Under the pieces are notes generated by a model. The model had not been told where the DNA came from. It made no database searches and saw only the letters and a program-made list of their open reading frames with translations. The translations under genes and the position numbers were made by a program. A DNA stretch of 62,752 nt, counting the filler, from Basidiobolus ranarum (Eukaryota): assembly GCA_040143965.1 (NCBI GenBank). It is 24 parts of 24 records of this genome, joined end to end, with 100 filler letters (N's around TTAATTAATTAA, not from the genome) between each part and the next. Parts side by side here need not be neighbours in the genome. Positions count along the whole stretch, not along the records: positions 60,245 to 62,752 come from JASJQH010003258.1; 23 more parts are not named here. One strand, written 5' to 3'. Shown piece by piece: positions 62,551 to 62,752 of the stretch; the first letter of the stretch is position 1; each line of letters begins with the position of its first letter.

Positions 62551-62752
62551 TAAAACCTATGTATTTATATATATAGTTACCTCTCATTTCCATTTGCTAC
62601 TATATACAAAGCTGCTTTATGCCTGATAGAGTGAGAAGCAGTTAGATTTTTCAATCAATAATATGCTTTGGAATAGTATGACTGAGGCTGCCACTCACAA
62701 ATAATCGAGCTATTTCTTCATCAACATGCATACACAATACATCTATTCATTT

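Overview
This window is not one locus. It is 24 unrelated contigs of 2529 down to 2508 bp, sorted by size and joined by identical 100-bp spacers (44 N + TTAATTAATTAA + 44 N), so adjacency across a spacer means nothing. The DNA is from an AT-rich, intron-containing fungus; an early-diverging lineage such as Basidiobolus is my inference, not established. About half the contigs are CpG-depleted patchworks of decayed transposons: at least 3 Ty1/copia LTR types, Ty3/gypsy chromovirus, a CMC/CACTA-type Tnp2 element with CCCTAACARAAAT termini and a divergent unknown ORF2, and a DDE_Tnp_4 transposase. The others keep their CpGs and carry host genes, mostly cut by contig ends: wc-2-like PAS protein, GPCR-like protein, His/Ser/Thr repeat protein, acetyl-CoA synthetase, AVL9, RPS15, RPL10, claudin-like protein, two NmrA-like genes, two subtilisins and tRNA-Arg(CCG). 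Best leads are (1) a divergent pair of bacterial-type genes, a secreted SH3b-like/peptidase-like protein and an intronless phosphodiester glycosidase; (2) the reconstructable two-gene CMC transposon; (3) repeat-restricted CpG loss; (4) a structured RPS15 intron. All family calls come from motif recognition by eye; no database searches were run.
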